NCBI GenBank assembly: GCA_965368985.1
Contig: CBDUPD010000001.1
Span: 1-47,193 of the forward strand
DNA from: an uncultured Spongiibacteraceae bacterium
GTDB lineage: Bacteria > Pseudomonadota > Gammaproteobacteria > Pseudomonadales > DT-91
Direction of reading: 5' to 3'
DNA: 47,193 bases
Positions 16,395 to 27,184 of this stretch are shown one piece after another (the stretch's first letter is position 1; every line of letters begins with the position of its first letter). The position numbers and the translations under genes are program-made. The notes below the pieces were generated by a model that saw nothing but the letters and a program-made list of their open reading frames with translations, had not been told where the DNA came from and did no database searches.

Positions 16395-17632
16395 AAAAAT
16401 ATGTAATAGGTATTGTCGTAGTCATCGGAATATTTTTATCGGGTATGCTGGTACAGTATGTGGGGATGAATTCAACTGATTCAGTTAACGACCAAAAAAT
16501 AAAAAATGCAACTTCGAAAAAACCGCTTTATTGGGTTGCGCCAATGGATCCTACTTATCGTCGGGATAAACCAGGGAAATCTCCAATGGGTATGGATTTG
16601 GTCCCTGTTTATGCTGAAACTGATAGTGAGGGGGCTGTAAAAATCTCTCCAACCGTAGAACAAAATCTGGGTGTTCGGACTGAAAAGGTTACTCGACAGA
16701 CCTTGTCAAGGCAGATTGATACCGTAGGTTATGTGATGGTCGATGAAAATAGAATTGAACATGTTCATACCTATACAGATGGGTGGGTCAAACGTTTGTT
16801 GGTGAAAACAACTGGGGAGCATGTTAATAAAGGTCAGTTATTATTTGAGTTATATGCACCGATACTCATCAATGCGCAAGAAGAATATTTGCTTGCAATG
16901 AGAAGTGGGAATAAAGCATTAACCAATGCTTCTCACAAAAAACTCTTGGCATTAGGCGTTGCAGAAAGCCAAATACAAGAGTTAAAGAAAACAAAGAAAT
17001 CAATGCAGCTTGTGAAATTTTTCGCAGGACAAGCAGGTATTGTATCCGAATTAAAAATTAGAGAAGGTATGTTCGTCAAGCCAGAAAAAGACCTTATCAC
17101 GTTAGAAGACCTATCTCATATATGGGTTATTGGTGAAGTCTTTGAGAGACAATCTGGATGGGTTAAAGAAGGCCAACCTGCTGAAGCGAGTTTACCGTAT
17201 CTTCCAGGTAAAAAATGGGTTGGGGTAGTTGACTATGTCTACCCCAGACTTGATCCCACCACGCATACGCTAAAAATTAGACTCCGCTTTGACAATCCAA
17301 AAGAAGTATTAAAACCTAATATGTATGCTGACATTACTATTTTTGCTGTACCTGAGAAAGATGTACTTGCTATACCGCGTGAAGCAGTTATTTACACCGG
17401 AAAAGGCGCACGGGTGATAGTAAGTTTAGGCGATGGGCGCTATGTCGCAAAACCAATCAAGCTAGGCATCGAGTCAGGCAATAAGATTGTTGTACTCTCA
17501 GGATTAAAAGAGGATGAGAAAATTGTTACATCATCACAATTTTTAATTGATTCCGAATCAAGTTTGAAAGCAAGTTTTGGTCGAATTAATTCAGAGAATA
17601 CAAAACCAAAAGACCAACATCAGCATCATTGA
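16391..17632 (+). CDS. cusB: RND periplasmic adaptor (CusB-like)
   Basis: 413 aa. N-terminal TM/signal sequence, YWVAPMDPTYRRDKPGKSPMGMDLVPVY (degenerate heavy-metal-binding domain), HlyD-type barrel-sandwich region, His-rich tail DQHQHH. Confidence 0.85.
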   Translation: MKKYVIGIVVVIGIFLSGMLVQYVGMNSTDSVNDQKIKNATSKKPLYWVAPMDPTYRRDKPGKSPMGMDLVPVYAETDSEGAVKISPTVEQNLGVRTEKVTRQTLSRQIDTVGYVMVDENRIEHVHTYTDGWVKRLLVKTTGEHVNKGQLLFELYAPILINAQEEYLLAMRSGNKALTNASHKKLLALGVAESQIQELKKTKKSMQLVKFFAGQAGIVSELKIREGMFVKPEKDLITLEDLSHIWVIGEVFERQSGWVKEGQPAEASLPYLPGKKWVGVVDYVYPRLDPTTHTLKIRLRFDNPKEVLKPNMYADITIFAVPEKDVLAIPREAVIYTGKGARVIVSLGDGRYVAKPIKLGIESGNKIVVLSGLKEDEKIVTSSQFLIDSESSLKASFGRINSENTKPKDQHQHH

Positions 17633-17645
17633 ATGAGGAGTTTGT

Positions 17646-20600
17646 ATGATTAATTGGATAATCAAATGGTCGATAAAAAATCGTTTCTTAGTACTTGTGG
17701 CAACTTTCTTTCTGATTGCCGCTGGGTTTTATGCGCTTAAAAACACACCTATTGATGCCATTCCTGATTTATCTGATGTACAGGTTATTGTAAAAACACC
17801 TTTTCCAGGCCAAGCACCACAAGTTGTTGAAGATCAAGTGACCTACCCCATGGCTACGGCCATGCTAGCTGTACCAGGTGCGGTGACTGTGCGCGCGTAT
17901 TCCTTTTTTGGCGATTCCTATGTTTATGTGATTTTTAAAGATGGCACCGATCCTTATTGGGCACGATCTCGTGTGCTTGAATATCTCAACCAAGTTTCCA
18001 GTAAACTACCACCTAATGCACGTCCTGAGTTAGGCCCAGATGCTACAGGTGTTGGCTGGGTATATGAATATGCGCTGGTCGACAAGACGGGAAAGCATGA
18101 TTTATCTCAACTACGTAGTATTCAGGACTGGTTTTTGAAATATGAATTGCAAACAGTGCCAGGCGTGTCGGAAGTTGCAACCATGGGTGGTATGGTACGT
18201 CAATATCAAATTACGTTAGAGCCAAATCGCTTACGTGCCTATGGACTGTCTCTTGCAAAAGTGAAAAAAGCCATACAGCGCGCGAATCAAGAAGTAGGAG
18301 GCTCGGTTGTTGAATTAGGTGAAGCTGAGTATATGGTACGTACCAACGGGTACTTGCAAAAAATCAAAGATATTGAAGCGATACCACTTGGAGTTAATAA
18401 AAATGGCACCCCTATCTTATTAACTGATATTGCTAAAGTTAGCTTAGGCCCTCAGATGCGTCGTGGAATAGCCGAACTTGATGGCAAAGGCGAGGTGGTC
18501 GGTGGGATCATCGTTATGCGACAAGGAGAAAATGCGCTTAAAACTATTGATGCTGTTAAAGCGAAACTTGCACAGTTACAAAAAAGTTTGCCTGCTGGTG
18601 TGAAAGTTGTTGAAACTTATAATCGCTCAAGCTTGATTCAGCGTGCTATTGATAACTTGAAATCAAAATTATTTGAAGAATTTATTGTTGTCGCTTTAGT
18701 TTGCTTATTGTTCCTTTTTCATTTTCGTTCTTCTCTCATCATTATTATCAGTCTCCCAATAGGTATTCTATCCGCATTTATTATTATGTATTGGCAAGGG
18801 ATCAATGCCAACATAATGTCACTTGGCGGCATTGCGATTGCTATCGGTGCTATGGTTGATGGCGCGATTGTTATGATCGAAAATGTTCACAAACATATGG
18901 AAAAAACTGAGTTGACGGATGAAAACCGTTGGCAAGTTATTCAAAAAGCAACCCTTGAAGTAGGTCCGCCGCTGTTTTTTTCGCTGCTAATTATTACGTT
19001 AAGTTTTTTACCTGTATTTGCTTTACAAGCACAGGAAGGTCGTTTATTTGCGCCTCTAGCATTCACCAAAACCTATGCAATGGCAGCAGCAGCAGGGTTG
19101 TCTATTACGTTAGTGCCCGTACTAATGGGTTATTTTATACGTGGAAAAATCGTTCCTGAGCATAAAAATCCAATCAACCGATTTCTAATTGCCGTCTACA
19201 AACCCTTTATTCATATGGTGTTAAAAGCACCAAAAGCTATTTTAGCAGCCACGTTAGTGATAGTGCTAGTGAGCTATTGGCCTTTGTCTCACTTAGGGTC
19301 AGAATTTATGCCAGACTTGGACGAAGGTGATTGGATGTACATGCCAACAACGTTGCCTGGCGTGTCTATTGGTAAGGCGCGACAAATTTTACAACAAACA
19401 GATAAATTAATTAAAACGTTTCCAGAAGTTAAAAGTGTCTTTGGTAAGATTGGACGTGCTGAAACAGCAACTGATCCTGCGCCGTTAACAATGATTGAAA
19501 CAGTGATCCAGTTGAAACCCCGCGATGAGTGGCGCAAAGGAATGACTCCAGCTAAATTGAAACAGGAAATGAATCAACGTGTTAAAATTCCAGGTGTTAC
19601 TAATGCATGGGTAATGCCGATTAAAACGCGAATTGATATGTTGGCGACAGGGATCAAAACCCCGGTGGGCATTAAAATATCAGGTCCAAATTTAAAAGAA
19701 ATTCAGAAGATTGGAGAACAGTTAGAGCCAGTATTGAAGAGAATCCCAGGAACAGCTTCTGTATATAGTGAACGTGTGGCTGGTGGTCGTTACATTAACG
19801 TACATATTGATAGGCACAAAGCAGCGCGTTTTGCTTTGAATATTGCCGATATTCAAGAAGTTGTTAGTACTGCTATTGGTGGCATGAATGTAACTCAAAC
19901 TATTGAGGGCTTAGAGCGATACCCTGTTAATTTACGTTATCCGCAAACTTATCGAGATTCGGTGAGCAAATTAAAATTATTACCGATTGTAACTCCAAGC
20001 GGTGCTCATATTCCTTTAGCGGACGTAGCTCATGTTACGATTGTCGATGGTCCACCAGCAATTAAAAGCGAAAATGCACGATTAACAGGCTGGGTATTAG
20101 TCGATATCAATAATCGTGATCTTGGATCCTATGTTAAAGAAGCACAACAAATTGTTAATGAACAGATTAAATTACCGCCTGGTTATGCTCTTTCATGGTC
20201 GGGGCAGTATGAGTACATGGAGCGAGCTAAACAACGGTTAATGACCGTTGTTCCTGTTACGCTAGCGATTATCATGTTGTTACTATATCTTAACTTTAGG
20301 CGTTTTTTAGAAGTGGCAGTAATTATGGGAACATTACCGTTAGCTTTAATTGGCGGGGTTTGGTTACTGTATGCTTTAAACTACAATCTTTCCGTCGCTG
20401 TTGGTGTTGGCTTTATTGCTTTAGCTGGTGTTGCTGTTGAAATCGGGGTGCTTATGTTAGTTTATCTTAATCAGGCACTTGCTCACCGCAAAGAAGCGGC
20501 TGATGCAGAAAATCGTAATCTAACAAAAAATGATATTAAGGAAGCTATTATTGGTGGTGCACTGCTGCGTGTGCGCCCTATTATGATGACTGTCTCTGCG

Positions 20601-20780
20601 ATTATTGCAGGCTTACTACCCATCATGCTGGGATCAGGAACAGGATCGGAGGTTATGAGACGAATTGCAGCGCCTATGGTTGGGGGCATGTTAAGTGCAA
20701 CATTGCTCACATTAGTGGTGATACCTGCTGTATTTTTAGTGTGGAAAAGCGCTCGATTAAAAGGAGAAAGCAATGATTGA
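17646..20780 (+). CDS. cusA: Heavy-metal efflux RND permease, CusA-like (Cu/Ag type)
   Basis: 1044 aa. Methionines are present in the three contexts WMYMP, TMIET and RIDMLATG, which correspond by motif to the CusA Met-triad positions. Confidence 0.85.
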   Translation: MINWIIKWSIKNRFLVLVATFFLIAAGFYALKNTPIDAIPDLSDVQVIVKTPFPGQAPQVVEDQVTYPMATAMLAVPGAVTVRAYSFFGDSYVYVIFKDGTDPYWARSRVLEYLNQVSSKLPPNARPELGPDATGVGWVYEYALVDKTGKHDLSQLRSIQDWFLKYELQTVPGVSEVATMGGMVRQYQITLEPNRLRAYGLSLAKVKKAIQRANQEVGGSVVELGEAEYMVRTNGYLQKIKDIEAIPLGVNKNGTPILLTDIAKVSLGPQMRRGIAELDGKGEVVGGIIVMRQGENALKTIDAVKAKLAQLQKSLPAGVKVVETYNRSSLIQRAIDNLKSKLFEEFIVVALVCLLFLFHFRSSLIIIISLPIGILSAFIIMYWQGINANIMSLGGIAIAIGAMVDGAIVMIENVHKHMEKTELTDENRWQVIQKATLEVGPPLFFSLLIITLSFLPVFALQAQEGRLFAPLAFTKTYAMAAAAGLSITLVPVLMGYFIRGKIVPEHKNPINRFLIAVYKPFIHMVLKAPKAILAATLVIVLVSYWPLSHLGSEFMPDLDEGDWMYMPTTLPGVSIGKARQILQQTDKLIKTFPEVKSVFGKIGRAETATDPAPLTMIETVIQLKPRDEWRKGMTPAKLKQEMNQRVKIPGVTNAWVMPIKTRIDMLATGIKTPVGIKISGPNLKEIQKIGEQLEPVLKRIPGTASVYSERVAGGRYINVHIDRHKAARFALNIADIQEVVSTAIGGMNVTQTIEGLERYPVNLRYPQTYRDSVSKLKLLPIVTPSGAHIPLADVAHVTIVDGPPAIKSENARLTGWVLVDINNRDLGSYVKEAQQIVNEQIKLPPGYALSWSGQYEYMERAKQRLMTVVPVTLAIIMLLLYLNFRRFLEVAVIMGTLPLALIGGVWLLYALNYNLSVAVGVGFIALAGVAVEIGVLMLVYLNQALAHRKEAADAENRNLTKNDIKEAIIGGALLRVRPIMMTVSAIIAGLLPIMLGSGTGSEVMRRIAAPMVGGMLSATLLTLVVIPAVFLVWKSARLKGESND

Positions 20781-21336
20781 AATTATTCCAAATTGGCATC
20801 CGTTATTTGTTCACTTTACAGTGGCACTAGTCACTATGTCAGGTGTATTTTTTATTGGAGCTAAGTTACTTTCCAATAGAAAATTTGGTGATGAAATGCT
20901 TATCGCAGCACGCTGGTTTCTTTGGACAGGGGGGTTATTTACTATAGCAACGGTGATAGCAGGATTTTTTGCATACTATTCCGTTGCGCACGATACTCCT
21001 TCACATATTGCAATGACAGCACATCGTAATTGGGCGCTGGTTACATTGGTTGGTATTTTATTTTGTGTTGGATGGTCAATTGTTCAATACAAGAAAAAAA
21101 TACAACCAACAATATCTTTTATATTAGCGATGCTGATTGTTCTACTTCTACTTTCGTCTACAGCGTGGCGTGGCGGGGAACTAGTTTACCGTTATGGTAT
21201 AGGAGTGATGTCACTTCCACAAAGCTCAGGAGTTGGGCACCAACATGAACACGGTGGAAATACTGAGGAAAACGGTCATCATTTAAAAAAGAAAACTTCG
21301 AATGCAAGTGAGCAACACGGTAATCATAAACACTAA
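20773..21336 (+). CDS. DUF2231-like membrane protein with a His-rich tail
   Basis: 187 aa, 4 TM segments. C-terminus GVGHQHEHGGNTEENGHH...EQHGNHKH. Overlaps the cusA stop. Confidence 0.6.
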   Translation: MIEIIPNWHPLFVHFTVALVTMSGVFFIGAKLLSNRKFGDEMLIAARWFLWTGGLFTIATVIAGFFAYYSVAHDTPSHIAMTAHRNWALVTLVGILFCVGWSIVQYKKKIQPTISFILAMLIVLLLLSSTAWRGGELVYRYGIGVMSLPQSSGVGHQHEHGGNTEENGHHLKKKTSNASEQHGNHKH

Positions 21337-21374
21337 ACTAATAAAATTAGTTTTTAATGTGATGGTAATTTAGA

Positions 21375-21398
21375 GGCACCTGACTTTTTCCAGGTGCT
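21375..21398. terminator. Weak hairpin between convergent operons
   Basis: GCACCTG-actttttc-CAGGTGC. There is no clear U-tract on either strand. Confidence 0.3.
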
Positions 21399-21521
21399 AA
21401 TATCTCGTAGCATTTAATGCTTTGTTATTTTTTTACGGTAAAAGCTTTTATAGGGTTAATGACATGCTGAGTTCACTTAATAGTTTGCCATTATGTACGT
21501 TTGAGCTCCTATCGAATTGTG

Positions 21522-24500
21522 TCAACTATCTTCCCCAGCTTTTTTTGCAAAAAACAATCGATATAATACCGGCAACAGGAAGAGTGTTAATAAGGTTGAT
21601 GAAAACAAGCCACCAACAACAACAGTCGCTAGTGGTCGCTGAACTTCTGAGCCAATACCACGAGCTAATAGCATAGGAATTAAACCTAATGCTGCAATAG
21701 ATGCAGTCATCAGCACGGGGCGTAATCTGGATAATGCGCCCTCAAAAATTCCTTGATATCTTTCCATTCCACCTTTGATATTTTGGTTGATGGCATTGAC
21801 CATCACTACACCATTTAATACAGCTATACCAAAGAGCGCAATAAATCCAATTGAGCCAGGCACTGATAAATATTGTCCTGAAATAAAAAGTGCGATGATA
21901 CCACCGATAAGCGCTAGGGGAACATTGACCATAATTAAAAGCGCTTGCCCTAACGAATTAAAAGCGAAATAAAGTAATAAGAAGATCAGCGCGAGTGACA
22001 GTGGCACGACGATCATGAGGCGTGCTTGAGCGCGTTCTTGATTTTTAAATTGTCCTCCATACACAACGGTATAGCCGCTCGGCAAGTCTGCTTTAGCATT
22101 AATTTTTTCTTTTATTTCAGCAACAAGACTGCCCATATCACGTCCTTCAACATTGGTTTGAATGACAACACGTCGCTGGACATCATCACGACGAATTTGT
22201 GGAGGTCCTGCTTCAATCTGAACGCTAGCAACATCTCCTAGCTTAACCCAAGCCCCATTGGGTGCACGCAATAATAAATCTCGGATGGCTTGCACGCTAT
22301 CTCGATATTCTTTTGCTAAACGCACATAAATGTCATAACGCTCATTACCATTGATAACTTGTCCTGCTGATTTGCCGCCGATTTGATTGGAAATAATCGA
22401 CATGACCTGACCAACAGAGATACCATAGCGCATCAGTTCTTCCCGATTGGGTTTGATCACGAGCTGCGCCTCACCGGTAATGGACTCCATAGCCACGTCG
22501 CGAGTGCCTTTTACATTTTTTACGATGCCTTCAATTTCTTTGCCCTTATCCGCAAGGACTTTCAAGTCTGGGCCAAATAATTTAATGGCAAGTTGTGCTT
22601 TGACACCGGACAGCAATTCATCAACGCGTGTGGCAATAGGTTGTGAAAAAGAAAATAACAAGCCAGGGTAAGTTGACATTTTCGTTTCCATAAGGCGTTG
22701 CAGTTGTTGCCTGTTGTGTGCTGACGTCCACTCAGTAACAGGTTTTACACCTACTAAAAATTCGATATTGGAGACAGGCTCAGGGTCTCCGCCTAATTCT
22801 GCGCGTCCAACGCGAGCAGAAACATTAGTCACTTCAGGGAAGGACATGATTTTTTTCTCAAGCTTCTGCGCTACCTTTAATGAAGCATCTAAGCTAACCG
22901 AAGGCGCTAACGTAACACGAATATTTAGTGTGCCTTCTTCTAATTCAGGAACAAATTCAGTACCTAAGAAAGGAACAAGCGCTAAAGCAAGTATGAGCAG
23001 TGCAAGAGAGGCTGCTATGATGGTCTTTGGTTGTTGTAGGGCCTTAGTTAAGGTTTTTCGGTAAAAGGATTGGATAGGACGTAAAACAAAGCTCTCTTTT
23101 TCTTTGACGCCACGTCGATAAAGATAGGTGGCTAAAGCAGGGATCACGATCATGGCAACCAATAGTGAAGCAATCATGGCAAAGACGATGCTTTGTGCCA
23201 TTGGGTGAAATAATTTACCTTCAACACCTTGTAAACTAAATAGTGGTGCAAATACAACAATAATAATTAACACAGCAAAAAAAACAGGGCGAGCAACTTC
23301 TCGTGCAGCTTCCTGGATACGTAAGGCCATGCCGTGGTGGTCGTGACTGGCGTCGTAGGGATCGGGAGCACCTGGTGGCACCTCTTCTTGGATAGCAGCA
23401 CTATGGTTGGGATTAGGATGACTTAGATGCTTAAAAATATTTTCCATCATTACAACAGAGCCATCGACAAGCATACCAATAGCAATTGCTAGTCCACCTA
23501 ATGACATCAAATTTGCAGATATTCCCCATTGGGCCATGACCATTAATGCTAAACCAATGCAAATAGGAACGGAGATTAAGACCAACAACGTGGCGCGCAA
23601 ATTCATTAAGCATAATAATAAAACGATAAAGATAAGCACAAACGCTTCAATAAGAGCTTTAACGACGGTATGAACAGCTTGGTTAACCAAATCAGATTGA
23701 TCGTAAACAGGATCGAGAGTAACGCCTTTAGGTAAGGCTTGCTGGATAAGAGGGATACGTTCTTTGATGCTGTCAATGGTGGCTTTGGTATTGGCACCCA
23801 TACGCTTAAGTACAATACCGGTTACTACTTCGCCTAATGCTTTGGGATTACCTTGTTGGTCGCGTGTCGTCATGGTAACAGCCCCTTGACGAATTTCACT
23901 ACCGTAATTAATTTTTGCTACATTACGGACTCGCACAACTGTGCCATGCTCTTCTTTAATTGGCGTATTAGCAATTTCTTCTATGCCTTTTTTGCCGGAT
24001 TGGATCCAACCAACACCACGAATAATCAGTTGCTCATCGCCGCGATCGAGATACCAACCGCCTGCATTTCGGTTATTGTCCTCGATGGCATCAACCACAT
24101 CTTTAGCCGTTAGCTTATACGCAAGGAGTTGAGAGGGATCGAGTTGAACTTGGTATTGACGGACTTTACCGCCAAAGGAAAGGACATCTGTTATCCCATC
24201 AACGGGTAATAACATCAGTTTTACCAGCCAGTCATTGTAGCTGCGTAACGTCATAGCGTCGTATTTTTCAGGGTTATCTGTGCGTAAGATATATTGAAAT
24301 ATTTGACCTAAGCCCGATGTGTTGGGGCCAATTTCAGGCGTGCCTATTCCTTCGGGAATATTTTCACGTGCAGCTTGTAATTGCTGGAAAACAAGTTGAC
24401 GAGCGAAATATATATTCACGCCTTCTTTAAATGCAACGGTAATAACAGATAAGCCGGTTTTTGATATAGAGCGGACTTCTTCAACATCAGGTAAAGAGTA

Positions 24501-24719
24501 CATAACGGCTTCAATAGGGAATGTAATTAATTGTTCCACTTCTTCAGAAGCTAAACCTGGGGCCTCAGTATTCACAGTAACTTGGACGTTCGTAACGTCA
24601 GGAAAGGCATCAAGGTTTAGTTTTGGAAGAACGAGTACTCCTCCAATGACAATGCCTATCAGCGCTAAGATCACTAGTAGACGGTTTCTAACAGCAAAAT
24701 CAATTATCCAATTTAACAT
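21522..24719 (-). CDS. Heavy-metal efflux RND permease, CzcA/HelA-like (divalent-cation type)
   Basis: 1065 aa, HME-RND architecture. Lacks Met at the three CusA-triad contexts (LNIRVT, NIEFLV, RVDELLSG). Carries a His-rich insertion HPNPNHS...DASHDHHG. Confidence 0.85.
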   Translation of the reverse strand: MLNWIIDFAVRNRLLVILALIGIVIGGVLVLPKLNLDAFPDVTNVQVTVNTEAPGLASEEVEQLITFPIEAVMYSLPDVEEVRSISKTGLSVITVAFKEGVNIYFARQLVFQQLQAARENIPEGIGTPEIGPNTSGLGQIFQYILRTDNPEKYDAMTLRSYNDWLVKLMLLPVDGITDVLSFGGKVRQYQVQLDPSQLLAYKLTAKDVVDAIEDNNRNAGGWYLDRGDEQLIIRGVGWIQSGKKGIEEIANTPIKEEHGTVVRVRNVAKINYGSEIRQGAVTMTTRDQQGNPKALGEVVTGIVLKRMGANTKATIDSIKERIPLIQQALPKGVTLDPVYDQSDLVNQAVHTVVKALIEAFVLIFIVLLLCLMNLRATLLVLISVPICIGLALMVMAQWGISANLMSLGGLAIAIGMLVDGSVVMMENIFKHLSHPNPNHSAAIQEEVPPGAPDPYDASHDHHGMALRIQEAAREVARPVFFAVLIIIVVFAPLFSLQGVEGKLFHPMAQSIVFAMIASLLVAMIVIPALATYLYRRGVKEKESFVLRPIQSFYRKTLTKALQQPKTIIAASLALLILALALVPFLGTEFVPELEEGTLNIRVTLAPSVSLDASLKVAQKLEKKIMSFPEVTNVSARVGRAELGGDPEPVSNIEFLVGVKPVTEWTSAHNRQQLQRLMETKMSTYPGLLFSFSQPIATRVDELLSGVKAQLAIKLFGPDLKVLADKGKEIEGIVKNVKGTRDVAMESITGEAQLVIKPNREELMRYGISVGQVMSIISNQIGGKSAGQVINGNERYDIYVRLAKEYRDSVQAIRDLLLRAPNGAWVKLGDVASVQIEAGPPQIRRDDVQRRVVIQTNVEGRDMGSLVAEIKEKINAKADLPSGYTVVYGGQFKNQERAQARLMIVVPLSLALIFLLLYFAFNSLGQALLIMVNVPLALIGGIIALFISGQYLSVPGSIGFIALFGIAVLNGVVMVNAINQNIKGGMERYQGIFEGALSRLRPVLMTASIAALGLIPMLLARGIGSEVQRPLATVVVGGLFSSTLLTLFLLPVLYRLFFAKKAGEDS

Positions 24720-24739
24720 CTCTTATGAATCCCTTCTGT

Positions 24740-25909
24740 CTAGTGATTATGTGTTTGAAACCCAGCCTTTAATAATTCTGAATGCACAGCGAAGGCATTT
24801 TCAGTAACAACCCGAATGCCTGGTTTTACCCCTTCAATAATCGCTTGCTTGTTAACGGTTTCAATGAGTTTAACTTCAATTTGCTTAAAATGATTCGGTT
24901 TCACTTCAACGTAGATTGCCCAATCACCATCAGCCGTGCGCAAAACCGCAGACTCAGGAACAACCAGTACAGGTTTACCATCTCCTATAGCAATACGACA
25001 ATTAACAAATTGACCAGGATGAAAAGCATCGTCTTTATTGGGAATGTTGATTCTAACAATTTGTGTGCGGGTGGTTTCTTCTAGCTTGTGATGAATTTGT
25101 ATGACCTCTCCTTGAATCCAATGCTTGGATTTACCAACTAATGCAATGGCTCCCCTTTTTATGAGCAGAACGTTTCCATTGGATAGGCGAGCATCCACCC
25201 ATAAGGAAGATTCATCAAGAATATGATAGAGGACGTGACCCGGCTCAACTCTTTCGCCTTCGGTGACATTCGCATCATAAACTGTGCCATTTTGTGGTGC
25301 GAGCAAAGTAAATTGACCGGTCGCTTCTGCGGAATCTTTTCCTTCTAGGAAACTTTTAACCTGCGAGCGACTCATCCCGTAGGCAATGAGCTTCGCGGAG
25401 GCATGGCGATAGTTGATTTGTGCCGTTTGATAGCGTTTAGCCCCGACGGCTTGTTGACCAAGTCCTTCTACACGTTGCCACTCATGGTAAGCCAGCAGTA
25501 AATCGCTTTGTGCTTTCGCCATCTCAACACTCGATAAATTCACCAGAGGTTGCCCCGTTTTAACATGATCGCCTATATTGACTTGGCGCTTTACAACTTG
25601 CGCTGCAATACGAGGAACGACTTTACTAGATTGATTGGTGTTAGGAACCACTTCCCCTGGGGCATGAATATATTTTGGTAAACTTTGTAATTGTAAAACT
25701 GTCGTTTTGATCTCTGCTTCTTTTTGTGCCGTACCATTAATTTCAATAGTACCAGCATCATCGTCATGATCTGCTTTACTAGCAGTTATCTGCTGCTCTG
25801 TTTTTTTTTCATTATGAGCGCCTTCTTTATGATTTTGATCCGCACTTGCGAAAGCAGATGCGCCTATTAATAAAGATATAATAAAGACGCTATATTTTAA
25901 TCCCTTCAT
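24740..25909 (-). CDS. RND periplasmic adaptor (CzcB-like)
   Basis: 389 aa. Signal peptide, His/Asp-rich N-terminus (ADQNHKEGAHNEKK...ADHDDD), HlyD-type core, C-terminal QTHNH. Confidence 0.85.
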   Translation of the reverse strand: MKGLKYSVFIISLLIGASAFASADQNHKEGAHNEKKTEQQITASKADHDDDAGTIEINGTAQKEAEIKTTVLQLQSLPKYIHAPGEVVPNTNQSSKVVPRIAAQVVKRQVNIGDHVKTGQPLVNLSSVEMAKAQSDLLLAYHEWQRVEGLGQQAVGAKRYQTAQINYRHASAKLIAYGMSRSQVKSFLEGKDSAEATGQFTLLAPQNGTVYDANVTEGERVEPGHVLYHILDESSLWVDARLSNGNVLLIKRGAIALVGKSKHWIQGEVIQIHHKLEETTRTQIVRINIPNKDDAFHPGQFVNCRIAIGDGKPVLVVPESAVLRTADGDWAIYVEVKPNHFKQIEVKLIETVNKQAIIEGVKPGIRVVTENAFAVHSELLKAGFQTHNH

Positions 25910-25912
25910 TTG

Positions 25913-27184
25913 CTAATACCCTCTATTGTGAGGTTGCGCGCTGAGGCCCAACCAATGATCCAAGTTGCCAGATGCATCAAGCCACTGAAACCAAGCTTGC
26001 CATGTTTGACCTTGTAGCTCAGTGCCTGCAATTTGGCTATCAATGCGCTGTCTAAGTTGTATTAAGTAATCGGTTGTATTAATTTCTCCGGCATCCCAGA
26101 GTTTATCAAGCAATTTTATGCCGCCATTTAAACTGCCAGCTGAAACATTGCTCCACTGATTGTAAGAACTGTAAAGAATGCCATAGCGAGATGCTGTACC
26201 CAGTAGGCGTGCTTTTGCTTCCCAGTAAGCATTTAACCTCGCTTTATCAATGGCAATGGATTCTTGACTCGCACTTGTGACTTGGTCGTGAAAATTATTT
26301 CGTACAAAGAGAGGAACACTTAAGCTTAGACCAATAAGGGCTTTTTTATCTTCTTGGCCACCTCTCAAGCTAATTGTTGGATCAGGTCGAGTGTTTGTTT
26401 TGGCAACTCTAATACGTGCGTTGGCTGTATTTGCGCGGTAATTAAGTATTTGTATGGAAGGCAATTGTTGGAGCAGTCTAGTTGGATCGCTAGGCAATTG
26501 AGGAAGGCGAGGTAATTGACTGGGTAAAGCTGGCCATGCATTGGCTGTACGGTTTGTAATGGCAGCTAAAGCTTCTTTAGCTTGACTTAGGGCAAATTCA
26601 GTGTTCGCTTGTTGTGCAATGGCTTCTGAGAGGGCTAGTCTTGATTGATCAAGCGCAGCTTGGCCTAAATCACCTGCTGCATGTTTTTTTTCAGTGAGTT
26701 CTACAAATTTTTTCAGTAGCTGTGTGCGTTTTTTTGCCAGGCTGGCTATTTGTTGTGTTGTGTTGAATTCTCTCAGCGCTGTGAGTGCTGCAATACCAAC
26801 AGTAAGCTTTTGAGCGGCTAAAGAAGCTTGTGCTTCGGCAAGCGTAAATTGACCGACTTGACGATTGGCTCCACGCTTATTAAATAAGTCAATGGTTTGA
26901 CTTATGCCAACTGTATAAGTATCTTCCTGGGAATCTTTTCGTACGCGCTCACCATCAAGCTCTAGTTCGGGGTTATAGATGGGACGTCCCGATGCTGATG
27001 CATTTGCAGTTGCAGCGCTAACTTCAGCTTCTGCAGACTGAATACTCGGATTGGTTTGCCAAACTTGATCAAGGAGTGAACGGATTGCTGAAGGTGGGGA
27101 TGAGGGGCTTGAAGCGTACCCCCAGATAGGGGATAATAAGGCTAAGATTGTTAGCCCAAGTATTAGAAAATGGCGTCGACTCAT
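25913..27184 (-). CDS. Outer-membrane efflux factor (CzcC-like)
   Basis: Start placed at MSRRHFLILGLTILALLSPIWGYASS (signal peptide). The ORF track's upstream extension to 27337 has no RBS. OEP repeats are present. Confidence 0.75.
   Translation of the reverse strand: MSRRHFLILGLTILALLSPIWGYASSPSSPPSAIRSLLDQVWQTNPSIQSAEAEVSAATANASASGRPIYNPELELDGERVRKDSQEDTYTVGISQTIDLFNKRGANRQVGQFTLAEAQASLAAQKLTVGIAALTALREFNTTQQIASLAKKRTQLLKKFVELTEKKHAAGDLGQAALDQSRLALSEAIAQQANTEFALSQAKEALAAITNRTANAWPALPSQLPRLPQLPSDPTRLLQQLPSIQILNYRANTANARIRVAKTNTRPDPTISLRGGQEDKKALIGLSLSVPLFVRNNFHDQVTSASQESIAIDKARLNAYWEAKARLLGTASRYGILYSSYNQWSNVSAGSLNGGIKLLDKLWDAGEINTTDYLIQLRQRIDSQIAGTELQGQTWQAWFQWLDASGNLDHWLGLSAQPHNRGY

Noticed and set aside
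21422-21676. 84-aa plus-strand ORF between the convergent RND operons
   Set aside because: It runs antisense into the 3' end of the czcA-like gene, has no SD and no recognisable motif.
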